From contig DASPLQ010000012.1 of NCBI GenBank assembly GCA_035627515.1, forward strand, positions 1,034,331 to 1,098,330: a stretch of DNA of 64,000 nt. The letters run 5' to 3'. Below the pieces are notes generated by a model. The model was not told where the DNA came from, searched no databases, and was given only the letters and a program-made list of their open reading frames with translations. Source of the stretch: Vitreimonas sp. GTDB taxonomy: Bacteria; Patescibacteriota; Microgenomatia; UBA1400; PJMF01. Made by a program: the position numbers and the translations under genes. This document shows, in pieces, positions 10,806 to 21,182 of this stretch. Position 1 is the stretch's first letter, and each line of letters starts with the position of its first letter.

Positions 10806-12305
10806 ATGCTGAACTTTTTTAAAAATTATTCTTTATGGTTAATTTTGATCCTAGCGTTGGGTTTGCGTCTCCCACTCTTGAGCGGTTCGTTTTGGTTAGA
10901 TGAAGCCGCCCAAGTATGGGAAAGTGATCGCAGCTGGGGTGAGCAACTCCAAATTAAAGAAGATTTTCAGCCCCCGTTGATTCATCTGATCGTACATGCT
11001 GCATTGTATGTACACCGTGACGAATGGTGGCTACGGACGTTCGCAGCCTTGATTCCAGGATTAATTGCCGTGTGGGGGACATATCAGCTTGGTCGTCAGC
11101 TGACCAAGAGTGAAGTAGGCGGAGCAGTGGCAGCCAGTCTATTGGCTACCAGTTCCTTTCATATTTTTTATTCTCAAGAATTGCGGCCGTATGCCTTGCC
11201 TACCATGTGGGCAGTGCTGAGCTGGTGGGCGCTCGTCAATTTTCAACCATGGCACAAAGCTAAGTGGTGGTGGAGTTTCTACGCTTTGACCACTATTGCC
11301 GGTCTGTATTCATCGTATTTATATCCCTTTTTAATTCTCAGTCAGGTGACATATGGCTTATTTTTTCACTGGCGCTGGTGGAAAACGTTTGTCATCAGTT
11401 ATGGTGTAGCAGGGCTGGCCTTTTTGCCGTGGTTACCTAAGTTCTTGGAGCAGCTGCAGGTGGGAGGAATGGTCCGCCAACAAATGCCGGGTTGGGAAGA
11501 AGTGGTCAGCATTCCGCAGCTTAAGTCATTGCCATTAGTCGTCGCTAAATTTTTATTTGGAGTATTGAATGTAGAAGTAACTGCTTTTTTTGTAGGCGTG
11601 AGCGTGGTGATGGTGAGTGGTTTGGTCTTGAGCTTATGGATACTTTATAAACACGCTCGCACTGCCCGTCCACCACAGGCTTTGATGCTCACACTGATCT
11701 GGCTGCTGGTGCCGCTAATTACCAGCTGGATTATTTCTTTTTGGATACCGGTGTTACAACCCAAGCGCGTGTTGTATTTATTGCCTGGTTTTTATCTTTT
11801 TGTCTCCATTCTGGTCAGTGAAATAAAGCTGAATACCAAAAAAATGAGCACGGTAGTCCCGTATCTATTATTAGTTACCTTATTACTGACCAATGCTTGG
11901 TCTACTTTCAATTACTATACCCAGCCCACTTTACAACGAGAAAACTGGCGGGCATTATATGCAGATGTGGCTGCACGTTATAGTGCCAGTGATACAGTTT
12001 TAATTTTTTCTTTTCCCGGGGCTTTCCCTTCCTGGGAGTGGTACGACAGTGCTGATTATCCATTTATTGCCACGGGGGTTTTGCATGTTGATCAGGTGAA
12101 AGATTTACGCGCTACTTTACAGCCGTTACATAACTACCGCTATGTGATTATTTTTGATTACCTGAGTGATTTAAGTGACCCTCATCAAAAGATCCGAGCC
12201 GAAGTAGAGAGTTACGGCTATCAATCAATAGAGATAATAGAGTATCCTGTCATTGGCTTTGTTCGAGTGTACGCCGCTCCTAATGTAACGCTCAGTCAAA
12301 AATAA
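10806..12305 (+). CDS. GT-C membrane glycosyltransferase, ArnT/PMT (GT39/GT83) family
   Basis: N-terminal TM region followed by the FWLDEAAQ motif. Multi-pass membrane protein, divergent from the SDR gene. Confidence 0.7.
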   Translation: MLNFFKNYSLWLILILALGLRLPLLSGSFWLDEAAQVWESDRSWGEQLQIKEDFQPPLIHLIVHAALYVHRDEWWLRTFAALIPGLIAVWGTYQLGRQLTKSEVGGAVAASLLATSSFHIFYSQELRPYALPTMWAVLSWWALVNFQPWHKAKWWWSFYALTTIAGLYSSYLYPFLILSQVTYGLFFHWRWWKTFVISYGVAGLAFLPWLPKFLEQLQVGGMVRQQMPGWEEVVSIPQLKSLPLVVAKFLFGVLNVEVTAFFVGVSVVMVSGLVLSLWILYKHARTARPPQALMLTLIWLLVPLITSWIISFWIPVLQPKRVLYLLPGFYLFVSILVSEIKLNTKKMSTVVPYLLLVTLLLTNAWSTFNYYTQPTLQRENWRALYADVAARYSASDTVLIFSFPGAFPSWEWYDSADYPFIATGVLHVDQVKDLRATLQPLHNYRYVIIFDYLSDLSDPHQKIRAEVESYGYQSIEIIEYPVIGFVRVYAAPNVTLSQK

Positions 12306-12306
12306 T

Positions 12307-13455
12307 ATGCATATTGGAATCGATGTTACTTCATTAATCTACGGCCGAGGTGTATCCCGATACACGGCCAACCTCGTCCGGGCACTGGTAGCGCAGCCGG
12401 GCTTAGAACTGACGTTGTATGGCTCATTAGGCAGGCAACGACACCGGCTCGAGTTTTTGGCGGAGGAATTAGTCAAAAATAAGAATAATGCTCACGTTTT
12501 GATTCAAGCGTATCCTCCCAAATTGCAAAATATTATTTGGAACTGGTTTGGTCGTAATAGCATTCGTTCCAACATTCCTAAACTAGACGTTTTTCACTCC
12601 TGGGATTGGTTGCAGCCACCAGATAAAGATCTGCCCTTGGTCTCAACTATTCATGATTTGGCGATTTTAAAGTATCCCGATACTGCTCATCAACACATTC
12701 TCAAAATGCACCGCCAATCTTGGCAACAGCTCAAAGAACGAGGGGCACAGATCATTGCTGTCAGTCGTGCCACTAAAAAAGACATTGTGGAGTTGTTAGA
12801 AATTCCTCCGTATCAGGTGCACGTCATTTATGAGGCTTTGCCCATGGAAACTAAGTTAGTCAGCGAGCGTTTAACAGAAGAAGAATATGATGAGATTAAA
12901 CAGCGATTGAATTTATCACGGCCATTTATTTTCTTTGTTGGTACCCGTGAACCACGTAAAAACCTCCAGCGTTTAATAGAAGCTTGGGAGCCGCTTAAAA
13001 ATGAGATCGATCTCCTCATTGCCGGTGACAAAGGGTGGGATAGTACCTCCAAAGAAAGCTCACGCTTTTCACTGCCTAACCTGCGGTTTCTAGGGAAGGT
13101 GAGTGAAGAGGAGTTAGCAGTCCTTTACGGAGAAGCGAGTATGTTGGCGTACCCCTGTTTGTATGAAGGTTTTGGATTGCCCATTTTGGAAGCCTTTTAT
13201 CACGGGACACCAGTAATAACTTCAAGTGTTTCCTCGATGATTGAGGTAGCGGGGAATGCGGCAGAATTAGTGGATCCTGAATCTGTGGAAAGCATTCGCC
13301 AAGGGATCACCACTATTTTAAATGAAGATCTCACTGCTCAACAAAAACGCCTGCAACGGATGATTATTCGTTTGCAAATGTTTGATTGGCGGCAAGTAGC
13401 TATTGAGACGATGAAGGTGTACCGGCTGGCCAAAGATCAGTTTCTAGGAACTTAA
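12307..13455 (+). CDS. GT4 (group 1) glycosyltransferase
   Basis: C-terminal EGFGLPILEA motif. About 380 aa with GT-B architecture. Confidence 0.75.
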   Translation: MHIGIDVTSLIYGRGVSRYTANLVRALVAQPGLELTLYGSLGRQRHRLEFLAEELVKNKNNAHVLIQAYPPKLQNIIWNWFGRNSIRSNIPKLDVFHSWDWLQPPDKDLPLVSTIHDLAILKYPDTAHQHILKMHRQSWQQLKERGAQIIAVSRATKKDIVELLEIPPYQVHVIYEALPMETKLVSERLTEEEYDEIKQRLNLSRPFIFFVGTREPRKNLQRLIEAWEPLKNEIDLLIAGDKGWDSTSKESSRFSLPNLRFLGKVSEEELAVLYGEASMLAYPCLYEGFGLPILEAFYHGTPVITSSVSSMIEVAGNAAELVDPESVESIRQGITTILNEDLTAQQKRLQRMIIRLQMFDWRQVAIETMKVYRLAKDQFLGT

Positions 13456-14392
13456 TCTGCTCTGGCGAAAACCAGACACTGATATACCCACCTTGTTTGG
13501 ATTCATGGAAAGCCAAATAATAATGTGGCTGAGCCGGAAAGTGATACAGTTCAGCTTGAAAGCTTTCATCTTCTGAAACCCGATGCGAGCATTTTAGCTG
13601 ATCATTGAACTCTGCAACCACATTACCCCGAACTGGCTCTAACCCTTTTTGCATTAAACCCATTAAAACTTTGCTATAGGAATCACCGTTAAAGTGAGGA
13701 TGGGTATAACCTCCATAAACTAAATCTGCGAACGGTCGATACAGAGAACCTCTTTTGTGTATACCTAGTTTTTCTTCTTCCATGTATTTCTGAATTATTG
13801 GTAACAAGGATTCAGGGGCATATGCCACTACAGCACGTTCAATACTTCTTGTGTGAGTCTCATTTTGTTTCTTTTGAAACGTCTCTTGCTGATGCTTGCC
13901 CAACGAGCGAAAGTCATTATCTTGAATAATGGGCGTAATGTGAAAACCTTTGGTACTCTTACTGAGTTCTAATTTAAAATATGAACTCGGGAAAAAAGTA
14001 ATTGTAATTGGCTCTTTGCCAACCAGGGGTAATTTTTCGAGTATGAGTTCGAGAGATGGACTGATGGTTACAATTTTTTCGATTTCTGACTGTTCGGTTA
14101 AACGTCTAAGCAGTACTTCAACAACGGCTCTAAATTCAGTATATGTTCTAATAGCATTAGTTCTATAACGTCTTTCTGTTCGAGTTTCTGTGGGATTGGG
14201 ATTAAAGCTGTATGGGCCAGCCCATTCATGGCTTTTATTGTCGATTGTTGCCAGTAAAGAGGTGGGGTCAGTTAACGACTTGAAAGTTCTAATTAAATCA
14301 TCAACTCTGAGAATAGTTTCGCTACTTCGCATATGAAGCGCCAACTGGCCATCGAAGTTATACAGATCGGCAGTTGAGGGGTTATTTCGCAC
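13400..14392 (-). CDS. Hypothetical protein (orphan, convergent)
   Basis: 330-aa ORF with a GTG start. It overlaps the 3' end of the upstream GT4 gene by 56 nt. No recognisable motifs. Confidence 0.55.
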   Translation of the reverse strand: MRNNPSTADLYNFDGQLALHMRSSETILRVDDLIRTFKSLTDPTSLLATIDNKSHEWAGPYSFNPNPTETRTERRYRTNAIRTYTEFRAVVEVLLRRLTEQSEIEKIVTISPSLELILEKLPLVGKEPITITFFPSSYFKLELSKSTKGFHITPIIQDNDFRSLGKHQQETFQKKQNETHTRSIERAVVAYAPESLLPIIQKYMEEEKLGIHKRGSLYRPFADLVYGGYTHPHFNGDSYSKVLMGLMQKGLEPVRGNVVAEFNDQLKCSHRVSEDESFQAELYHFPAQPHYYLAFHESKQGGYISVWFSPEQIKFLETDLWPAGTPSSSQ

Positions 14393-14674
14393 GCCATCAA
14401 TTTCATTTATCTCACGCTGTAACTGTCGAGTCCGTTTTTCTACCCTAAGCTCATTTTCAAACTCACCTTTATAGAGAAAACCTGGTGCGACACTGTTCCA
14501 AAGACTTTTTAAGCCTTATAAACTTCTACCTTGTTCGACACGACCAAGCATATGTCTCCTTTATGTAGGTGATTTGGGGTAATTGTACGGCAGAGTTAAT
14601 GAGTGTCAAGTTAAATTTCCGCCCAGTATTGATATTCAAATGAGAAAAAATCTTGTACACTGCTCATATATAGT

Positions 14675-15847
14675 ATGAAACCTCTTCGCATCGCTATTGA
14701 TGGCAATGAAGCTAATGTCTCACATCGGGTGGGTAGTAATGTTTACGCCTATGAAATTTTACGGAGTTTGGAAAAGCAAACTCGAAACGATGCCAATACA
14801 ACTTTTACTATTTTATTAACTCAATCACCGCACCAAGATTTACCATCTGCTCGTCCAGGTTGGAAGTATCAGCAGCTCAAGCCGGCTGCCCTGGCAACCC
14901 AGTTTGCTTTGCCATTACATCTTTTTTTATATAAAGATAAGTATGACGTTTTTTTTACGCCTGGCCATTATGCGCCTCGTTTGTCAGCCGTACCGTATGT
15001 GTCTTCGGTGATGGATTTGGCCTTTTTACACTTTCCGGAACAGTTTAAAAAGCGCGATCTATTGCAACTTAAATCGTGGACAAAATATAGCGTCCTGCGG
15101 GCTCGAAAAGTGATTGCGATCAGTGAGTTTACCAAAGATGATGTAGTCCGAGAGTACGGTAAAAAACCAGGAGATGTGGTAGTTGCATACCCAGCGGTCA
15201 ATACTAAACATCGCCACAGTTTGCCGGCTAAAGCTAAAGCAGCGCTGCGCAAACAAAAGATTTCACAACCATACATTTTATATGTGGGAACGTTGCAGCC
15301 GCGTAAAAATGTGGAGCGTCTTATCGAAGGCTTTGAAAAGTTGGTTTATAAATACTTAGCGTCATCTAAATCTTCACGAAATCATCTTAACTCACAACAA
15401 CTGCAGCTAGTGATCGCAGGCAAGTTGGGTTGGTTAGCCGATGGAATTTTAGAGAGAGTCAAAGCTTCGCCACTCAAAGATCAGATTATACTTACGGGTT
15501 TTGTCTCGGATGAGATGAAAGATATTCTTTATCACTACGCAGAGTGTAGTGTACTGGTAGGGTTGTATGAAGGTTTTGGTATACCACCGTTGGAGTCTCT
15601 CAATAAAAGTGTGGTTCCCGTAGTTTCAAATACCACAAGTTTGCCAGAAGTCGTAGGTAAAGCTGGCATTTTGGTGGACCCTTATCAGCCAGATGATATC
15701 GGCCGCGGTTTATATGAGGCAATCATGTTAACAGCTAAACAGCGAGGGCAACTTTTGAAACATGCTCGCCAACAACTTAAAAAATTTGATTGGGATCGCA
15801 GTGCCATGGTGATTTTGAATACCTTACATGAAGTAGCTAAAAAATAA
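14675..15847 (+). CDS. GT4 (group 1) glycosyltransferase
   Basis: EGFGIPPLES motif with GT-B fold hallmarks. Confidence 0.75.
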   Translation: MKPLRIAIDGNEANVSHRVGSNVYAYEILRSLEKQTRNDANTTFTILLTQSPHQDLPSARPGWKYQQLKPAALATQFALPLHLFLYKDKYDVFFTPGHYAPRLSAVPYVSSVMDLAFLHFPEQFKKRDLLQLKSWTKYSVLRARKVIAISEFTKDDVVREYGKKPGDVVVAYPAVNTKHRHSLPAKAKAALRKQKISQPYILYVGTLQPRKNVERLIEGFEKLVYKYLASSKSSRNHLNSQQLQLVIAGKLGWLADGILERVKASPLKDQIILTGFVSDEMKDILYHYAECSVLVGLYEGFGIPPLESLNKSVVPVVSNTTSLPEVVGKAGILVDPYQPDDIGRGLYEAIMLTAKQRGQLLKHARQQLKKFDWDRSAMVILNTLHEVAKK

Positions 15848-15849
15848 CT

Positions 15850-16323
15850 ATGTCAACTGTTCTAGCCATCGATCCTGGGTATGACCGCCTGGGGTGGGCA
15901 GTGGCCAAGGTAGCCACGACCAAAATTGAGCTTTTACAATATGGCCTGCTCCAAACAAAAAAAACACAGTCTCGGTGGGAACGATATCAAGAAGTAATTA
16001 CTCTGCTCAGCGAGTTAATGACTAGTTATCAGCCAACTGAGTTGGCCATTGAAACCCTTTTTTTCAGCAAAAATACCACCAGTGCTATGCAAGTGAGTGA
16101 AGTGCGTGGCCTTATTTTTGCTGAAGCATTAAAAAATCATCTCACCATATTTGAGTACAACCCTATGACGATTAAACAAGCTGTGACTGGTACCGGCAAA
16201 GCCGATAAGCGAGCAGTCGAAAAAATGGTTAGATTACAATTAAAATTAAGCGAAGTGAAGTTAGTGGATGATACACTTGATGCTTTGGCAGTGCTGATTA
16301 CTCACAGTGCGATCAATATCTGA
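15850..16323 (+). CDS. ruvC: Crossover junction endodeoxyribonuclease RuvC
   Basis: LAIDPGYDRLGWAV N-terminus. 157 aa. Confidence 0.85.
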   Translation: MSTVLAIDPGYDRLGWAVAKVATTKIELLQYGLLQTKKTQSRWERYQEVITLLSELMTSYQPTELAIETLFFSKNTTSAMQVSEVRGLIFAEALKNHLTIFEYNPMTIKQAVTGTGKADKRAVEKMVRLQLKLSEVKLVDDTLDALAVLITHSAINI

Positions 16324-16328
16324 ATGCT

Positions 16329-16886
16329 TTGTGTGTATTTGTGATGTATAATATGCAGATGCCAGAGTTCGAAAAATTCAATAAATACCCTTCTCGCATC
16401 CTCCATCAGGAAAGTCATCGTCGATATGATGAGATTGTTGGCTTGCAAGTTGCAGTCAATCATGTTCTGTCTCAAGCCTTTGAACAAGCTCTTCACGACT
16501 GTTTAACTCCAGCGCAAGGTATGAGCAAAAGTGATTTAAAACCTCGACAAGTGGCTGACGCTACCTATCAGGCTATGAAGGGTTTGGTGAGTAATAATTT
16601 TGATAAAGCTTTGGAAGCGTGGATTAAGGACTTACTCAGTCAACCTGATCTTATTTTAGACACCACCATCTCCGTTGAAGGTTTATCGGCGGCTGATATT
16701 TTTGCCACTCATTTGGAAAGAGCGATTGTCAAAACGGTTGCTTTATTGCGGGTACCATTGTCACAAGAAAAAATCACCGCAACAGATCTCCAGCAGTGGA
16801 TTGTACTCAGGTTGAGTTTATTAAAGGCGAATTATTTTTTTCGTGAAAGTGTACTGGCCAAGATTGAATTTAAGTCAGACCGCTAA
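16329..16886 (+). CDS. Hypothetical protein between ruvC and ruvA
   Basis: ORF of about 175-185 aa; the likely start is MQMPEF near 16353-16359. It is co-directional and tightly spaced with the ruv genes. Confidence 0.55.
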   Translation: MCVFVMYNMQMPEFEKFNKYPSRILHQESHRRYDEIVGLQVAVNHVLSQAFEQALHDCLTPAQGMSKSDLKPRQVADATYQAMKGLVSNNFDKALEAWIKDLLSQPDLILDTTISVEGLSAADIFATHLERAIVKTVALLRVPLSQEKITATDLQQWIVLRLSLLKANYFFRESVLAKIEFKSDR

Positions 16887-16941
16887 GCTGATTACTCCCA
16901 AACCTTTACCAAATCTCCAAAACCCGCTACCATAGTAGGAC

Positions 16942-17517
16942 ATGATTTCATATCTGATTGGTAAACCACTGCTTCAAGTTGATAAATTAATCGTCCTGGT
17001 CAATGGCGTGGGCTATGGGGTGATTGCGCCCACGGCGGTATTGGCAAAAGCGAGCACAGTAGAAGAAGTGAGTCTGCATATTTATACTCATGTACGTGAA
17101 GATGCGATTGAGCTATATGGTTTTAATGAAATTCAGGAAAAAGAGTTGTTTTTATTATTATTAAGTGTCTCGGGGGTAGGTCCTAAAACAGCTATTAATA
17201 TTGTTGATATCGGGGCAGAAAAAATTATTCATGCTGTCCAGACAGCTGAAGTCAGTGTATTTGCGGCTGTCCCCAGAGTGGGTAAAAAATTGGCGCAAAA
17301 AATCATTATTGAGTTGAAATCTAAGTTGGGTAGTTTGCAAGAACTCAGTTTGGGACCACGCAATCCTCAAGAACAAGAAATTGTGGATGCCTTAGTAGCA
17401 CTAGGATTTGTGGAAGACCATGCTGAAAAAGCAGTACAGGGATTAGATTTCTCGGGTACATACGAAACAAGTCAATTGCTCAAGCAGGCCATTAAGTTAT
17501 TAAGTCAGAAAAAATAA
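16942..17517 (+). CDS. ruvA: Holliday junction DNA helicase subunit RuvA
   Basis: MISYLIGK...VNGVGYGV N-terminus and HhH region SVSGVGPKTA. Confidence 0.85.
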   Translation: MISYLIGKPLLQVDKLIVLVNGVGYGVIAPTAVLAKASTVEEVSLHIYTHVREDAIELYGFNEIQEKELFLLLLSVSGVGPKTAINIVDIGAEKIIHAVQTAEVSVFAAVPRVGKKLAQKIIIELKSKLGSLQELSLGPRNPQEQEIVDALVALGFVEDHAEKAVQGLDFSGTYETSQLLKQAIKLLSQKK

Positions 17518-17523
17518 TCATTT

Positions 17524-18531
17524 ATGCAAGATACCGTGACAGTGATGATGACTCCTACCAGCGATGAAGAAGCATTGTTAACCTCGTTACGGGCACAAGC
17601 CTGGTCAGAGTTTATAGGCCAGCCTCAAGTAAAAGAATCACTGCAGATTGCTTTGCAGGCTGCTAAACATCGCAACGAAGCTCTTGATCACGTGTTGTTA
17701 TATGGACCGCCAGGTTTAGGCAAAACTACGCTCTCTCATTTAATCGCGAAGGAGATGGGCGTCAACTTGCGCATTACCTCAGGAACGGCTTTGGCAAAGG
17801 CTGGTGATGTGGCGGCCATTTTGACGAATTTAGAACCCGGCGATGTGTTATTTATTGATGAAATTCATCGATTGCCGAAAGCTGTTGAGGAAACATTGTA
17901 TCCAGCGATGGAAGATTTTGCCCTTGATATTGTACTTGGCAAAGGGCCCTCCGCCCGGACAGTGCGTCTGGACTTACCTAAGTTTACCTTGGTGGGAGCC
18001 ACCACTCGGTTTGGGGCTTTGTCTGGTCCTTTCCGGGATCGGTTTGGCCTGACTCATCGCATGGAGCATTATCTGCCTACCGATTTGCGGGTGATTTTAC
18101 AAAAAGCAGCTGAGAAATTAACTGTTAGTTTAGATAACGAAAGTGCTTTAAAAATTGGTAGCCGGGCCCGGGGAACACCTCGAGTGGCATTGCAGTTGCT
18201 GAAACGTGTCCGTGATGTAGCCCAGGTAAAGTATCAAGGCAAAATCGAGCCGGCCATGGTTGATGAAGCATTAACAATGTTAGCCGTTGATGGCGTGGGT
18301 TTGACCGACCATGATCGTCGCTTTTTAAGTTTGATCATTGAGAAACACAAAGGTGGGCCGGTGGGCTTATCAACTATTGCGGCTACCTTAAGTGAAGACG
18401 CTGGTACGATAGAAGAAGTTCTGGAACCATATTTGATGCAAATTGGTTTTCTCCAAAAAACTCCCAAAGGCCGGGTGATTACTAAAACCGCTTATGAGCA
18501 CTTGGGGCTGCCGTGGAGTGAGGGTATCTAG
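17524..18531 (+). CDS. ruvB: Holliday junction DNA helicase RuvB
   Basis: EFIGQ...[13 protein letters not shown] Walker [10 protein letters not shown] Walker B, and RFG sensor. Confidence 0.95.
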   Translation: MQDTVTVMMTPTSDEEALLTSLRAQAWSEFIGQPQVKESLQIALQAAKHRNEALDHVLLYGPPGLGKTTLSHLIAKEMGVNLRITSGTALAKAGDVAAILTNLEPGDVLFIDEIHRLPKAVEETLYPAMEDFALDIVLGKGPSARTVRLDLPKFTLVGATTRFGALSGPFRDRFGLTHRMEHYLPTDLRVILQKAAEKLTVSLDNESALKIGSRARGTPRVALQLLKRVRDVAQVKYQGKIEPAMVDEALTMLAVDGVGLTDHDRRFLSLIIEKHKGGPVGLSTIAATLSEDAGTIEEVLEPYLMQIGFLQKTPKGRVITKTAYEHLGLPWSEGI

Positions 18532-18575
18532 TATTGTTGAGTGCTCTTTATTGATCAATAGCTTACAATAAGATC

Positions 18576-19196
18576 ATGTCCAGTTCTTCCTCCTCATCCA
18601 ACACCGGTCGTCGCACGTTGTCAGAAAAAATTATTAATCGTCTTCGCAGCATTTGGCTTGAGGCTGTCACTGGTTTTTTGTGGTGGTTCGTGGGCGAGAT
18701 TCCTCTCCACCATTTCCGCCGCTTTTTTTACCGGTTGTCCGGAATGAGCATTGGTCGCGGCTCTACGATTCATATGCGAGCGAGAATTTTTGATCCTCGC
18801 TACATTACGATTGGTGAGGATACGATTGTGGGCGAAAAAGCCAGTTTAGATGGGCGCAAGCAGTTGGTTGATTCCGAAGGTGGTCTGGAGATTGGTGACC
18901 ACGTCGATATTGCCTCGGAAGTCATGATCTGGACTAGCCAACATGACTTAACTTCAGCCACCATGCAAGCGATCGAGAAAAAAGTCACCATTGAAGATTA
19001 TGCCTTTATTGGTCCGCGGGCCATTATTTTGCCCGGTGTCACAATTGGTCGTGGTGCTGTGGTTGCTGCCGGTGCAGTGGTGACCAAAAATGTCAAACCC
19101 TTGAGTATTGTAGCCGGCGTTCCGGCCAAAGAAATTGGTGAGCGTCAACTGTCGCAACTTAATTATCGCCTCGGCCGAGCCCGGTGGTTTCAATAA
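18576..19196 (+). CDS. Hexapeptide-repeat (LbH) acetyltransferase, WcaF-like
   Basis: IGxxVxI hexapeptide repeats in the C-terminal half. The N-terminus resembles WcaF. Confidence 0.7.
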   Translation: MSSSSSSSNTGRRTLSEKIINRLRSIWLEAVTGFLWWFVGEIPLHHFRRFFYRLSGMSIGRGSTIHMRARIFDPRYITIGEDTIVGEKASLDGRKQLVDSEGGLEIGDHVDIASEVMIWTSQHDLTSATMQAIEKKVTIEDYAFIGPRAIILPGVTIGRGAVVAAGAVVTKNVKPLSIVAGVPAKEIGERQLSQLNYRLGRARWFQ

Positions 19197-19211
19197 GAAA
19201 TACCTTTTTTT

Positions 19212-20162
19212 ATGACTTTAGCTCCTAAGTATCAAGGTGCATTGGCGTTAGTTTTATCGGCGGCGTTGGGAGGAGCTCTCACGCCAGCCTTAATCCGAGT
19301 CGGTGTCGAAGCCATCCATCCGCTGGTGTTCAACCTGGGCAGAGGGGTGTCCACGTTGCTGATTTTTATGGTCATACTTGGGCCCCAATTCAAAACCTTG
19401 TTTACTCCACAGCTCAGAGTAATCGTGCTGCTGTTTGGTGCTACGATCGGGGGAAATATTTTATTGTTTTCGTTGGGGATTCCCTACACAACACTAGTAG
19501 CCTCACAATTGTTGTATGCCTTATTACCCATCACGGTGCCCATGCTCAGCTACGTAGTGAGTGGTGAAACAGTTTCACGTCGCAAAGTTACTGGGGGCGT
19601 CATCGCTATGGCAGGGTTAGCTTTACTGATTGTGTTGTCACGCCGCGGGGGAAGTGAATTATCTCTTGGTACGCTTTATGGCAATAGTTTAATTTTCTTG
19701 GCAGTTTTTTGTTATACAGCATACTTAGTGTATTCAAAGAAAGTGGTAGCAGGTTTTTCACCTTTGATTTTAGGGGCAGCAAGCTATCTGGGAGTGACGC
19801 TTTTTTACTTGCCGTTGGCTATAGGGTACATAGCGCTTCAGCAGCCACAGATTATTATTAGCTCGGCTCTGATGTGGGCGGTGGGTGGTTTAGCGCTCGT
19901 TTCGTTCTTGCAAACGACATTGATTCAAATAGGGTTGAAGAGAGTATCCTCCATGACAGCTGCTGTCATCAGCTTGTTAGGTCCTGAGTTTGCGGCCGTG
20001 GTGGGCTGGGTTTTTTTCCGAGAGCAATTAACAGCAGCTTTGCTTATCAGTATGAGCTTAGTGATGTTGGGGGTGTTGATTAGTGTCACTAGCGAGCAAG
20101 AGAGTTGGTGGGCCCGAGCTAAAAGAAGAGTTCAATCATGGTCAATTGTGGCCAATAGATGA
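19212..20162 (+). CDS. EamA/DMT-family membrane transporter
   Basis: About 10 TM segments with a two-fold repeated architecture. Confidence 0.55.
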   Translation: MTLAPKYQGALALVLSAALGGALTPALIRVGVEAIHPLVFNLGRGVSTLLIFMVILGPQFKTLFTPQLRVIVLLFGATIGGNILLFSLGIPYTTLVASQLLYALLPITVPMLSYVVSGETVSRRKVTGGVIAMAGLALLIVLSRRGGSELSLGTLYGNSLIFLAVFCYTAYLVYSKKVVAGFSPLILGAASYLGVTLFYLPLAIGYIALQQPQIIISSALMWAVGGLALVSFLQTTLIQIGLKRVSSMTAAVISLLGPEFAAVVGWVFFREQLTAALLISMSLVMLGVLISVTSEQESWWARAKRRVQSWSIVANR

Positions 20163-20174
20163 TAGGCTATTGTT

Positions 20175-21182
20175 ATGCTACTCTCGATTATTATTCTGTC
20201 CTACAACACTGAGAAACTGACACTTCAAACGCTCGAATCGGTGATAGCTGATGTGAATGCTTCACTGCCACTCAAGAATCATACTGAAATCATTGTCGTT
20301 GATAATGCTTCCCGAGATGGATCAGTGCCGGCGATTAAAAAAATTCGTAAGGCGTATCCAAAACTGGTGGAGCTGATCGAAAATGACCAAAATGTGGGTT
20401 TTCCTAAAGGCAATAATATTGGTATCAATGCTAGTACCGGCAAATATATTTTGTTGCTAAATTCCGATACCATTATCAAACCCGGTGCCTTAGAAACGCT
20501 GGTCAGAGCTTTTGAGCGTACACCCCTGAACGAAACCACGGCCTATGTCAGTAGTCATCATGGAGAACTAGATCGGTTAGGAATTGTCAGCGCGCAGTTA
20601 TTTAATGAAGATGGCTCGGTTCAGCAACAAGGTGGGTCATTGCCAACGTTCGGGGCTTTGATGTGCCACATGCTCTTGCTTGATGATTTACCGATCGTTG
20701 GTGGCTGGTTGCCTTCTACGCAGCACACGGGGATTAGAGGTAGAACTGCTGAGGCTGCTCGGAAAAAACATCCTGCCGATCCTGAACAAACTCTAGTTCA
20801 AGAAGGTTGGGTAGGGGGAGCAGCAATGATGCTGAAGCGCGAAGTGGTGCATGAGATTGGTTTGCTTGACGAAGGCATTTTTATGTACGGCGAAGACGTG
20901 GAGTATTGTCTCCGAGCGCGGGCACACCACTGGGATGTGGCGGTCTGTCCAGCCGCACACATTATTCACTTGGGGAGTGCTAGTTCATCATCTGGAAATG
21001 CTATCAAAGGTGAGTTTAAAGGCTATTTGCACATCTGGCGTAAGCACTTTTCTGCTTGGCAGTTTCCTCTGGTAAGGTTGGTTTTGCAGCTAGGAGCACT
21101 ACTCAGATGGTTCATATTTGGTACAATGGTACGGAATCCTGTGAAAGCTCGGGTTTATGCCCAGCTGTGGCGAGAACTATGA
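20175..21182 (+). CDS. GT2 glycosyltransferase
   Basis: IIILSYNT...VVDNASRDGS...LLNSDTII. Paralogous to the 25657..26532 gene. Confidence 0.75.
   Translation: MLLSIIILSYNTEKLTLQTLESVIADVNASLPLKNHTEIIVVDNASRDGSVPAIKKIRKAYPKLVELIENDQNVGFPKGNNIGINASTGKYILLLNSDTIIKPGALETLVRAFERTPLNETTAYVSSHHGELDRLGIVSAQLFNEDGSVQQQGGSLPTFGALMCHMLLLDDLPIVGGWLPSTQHTGIRGRTAEAARKKHPADPEQTLVQEGWVGGAAMMLKREVVHEIGLLDEGIFMYGEDVEYCLRARAHHWDVAVCPAAHIIHLGSASSSSGNAIKGEFKGYLHIWRKHFSAWQFPLVRLVLQLGALLRWFIFGTMVRNPVKARVYAQLWREL

Noticed and set aside
14640-14674. Possible promoter TTGTAC...TATATA upstream of the GT4 gene at 14675
   Set aside because: The spacing between the candidate -35 and -10 hexamers is only about 7 nt. It is not a convincing sigma-70 promoter.
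21056-21178. Upstream extension of the O-antigen-ligase-like ORF overlapping the GT2 gene by 127 nt
   Set aside because: An in-frame ATG at 21179 forms an ATGA overlap with the GT2 stop and begins a hydrophobic N-terminus. The long overlap is therefore not needed.
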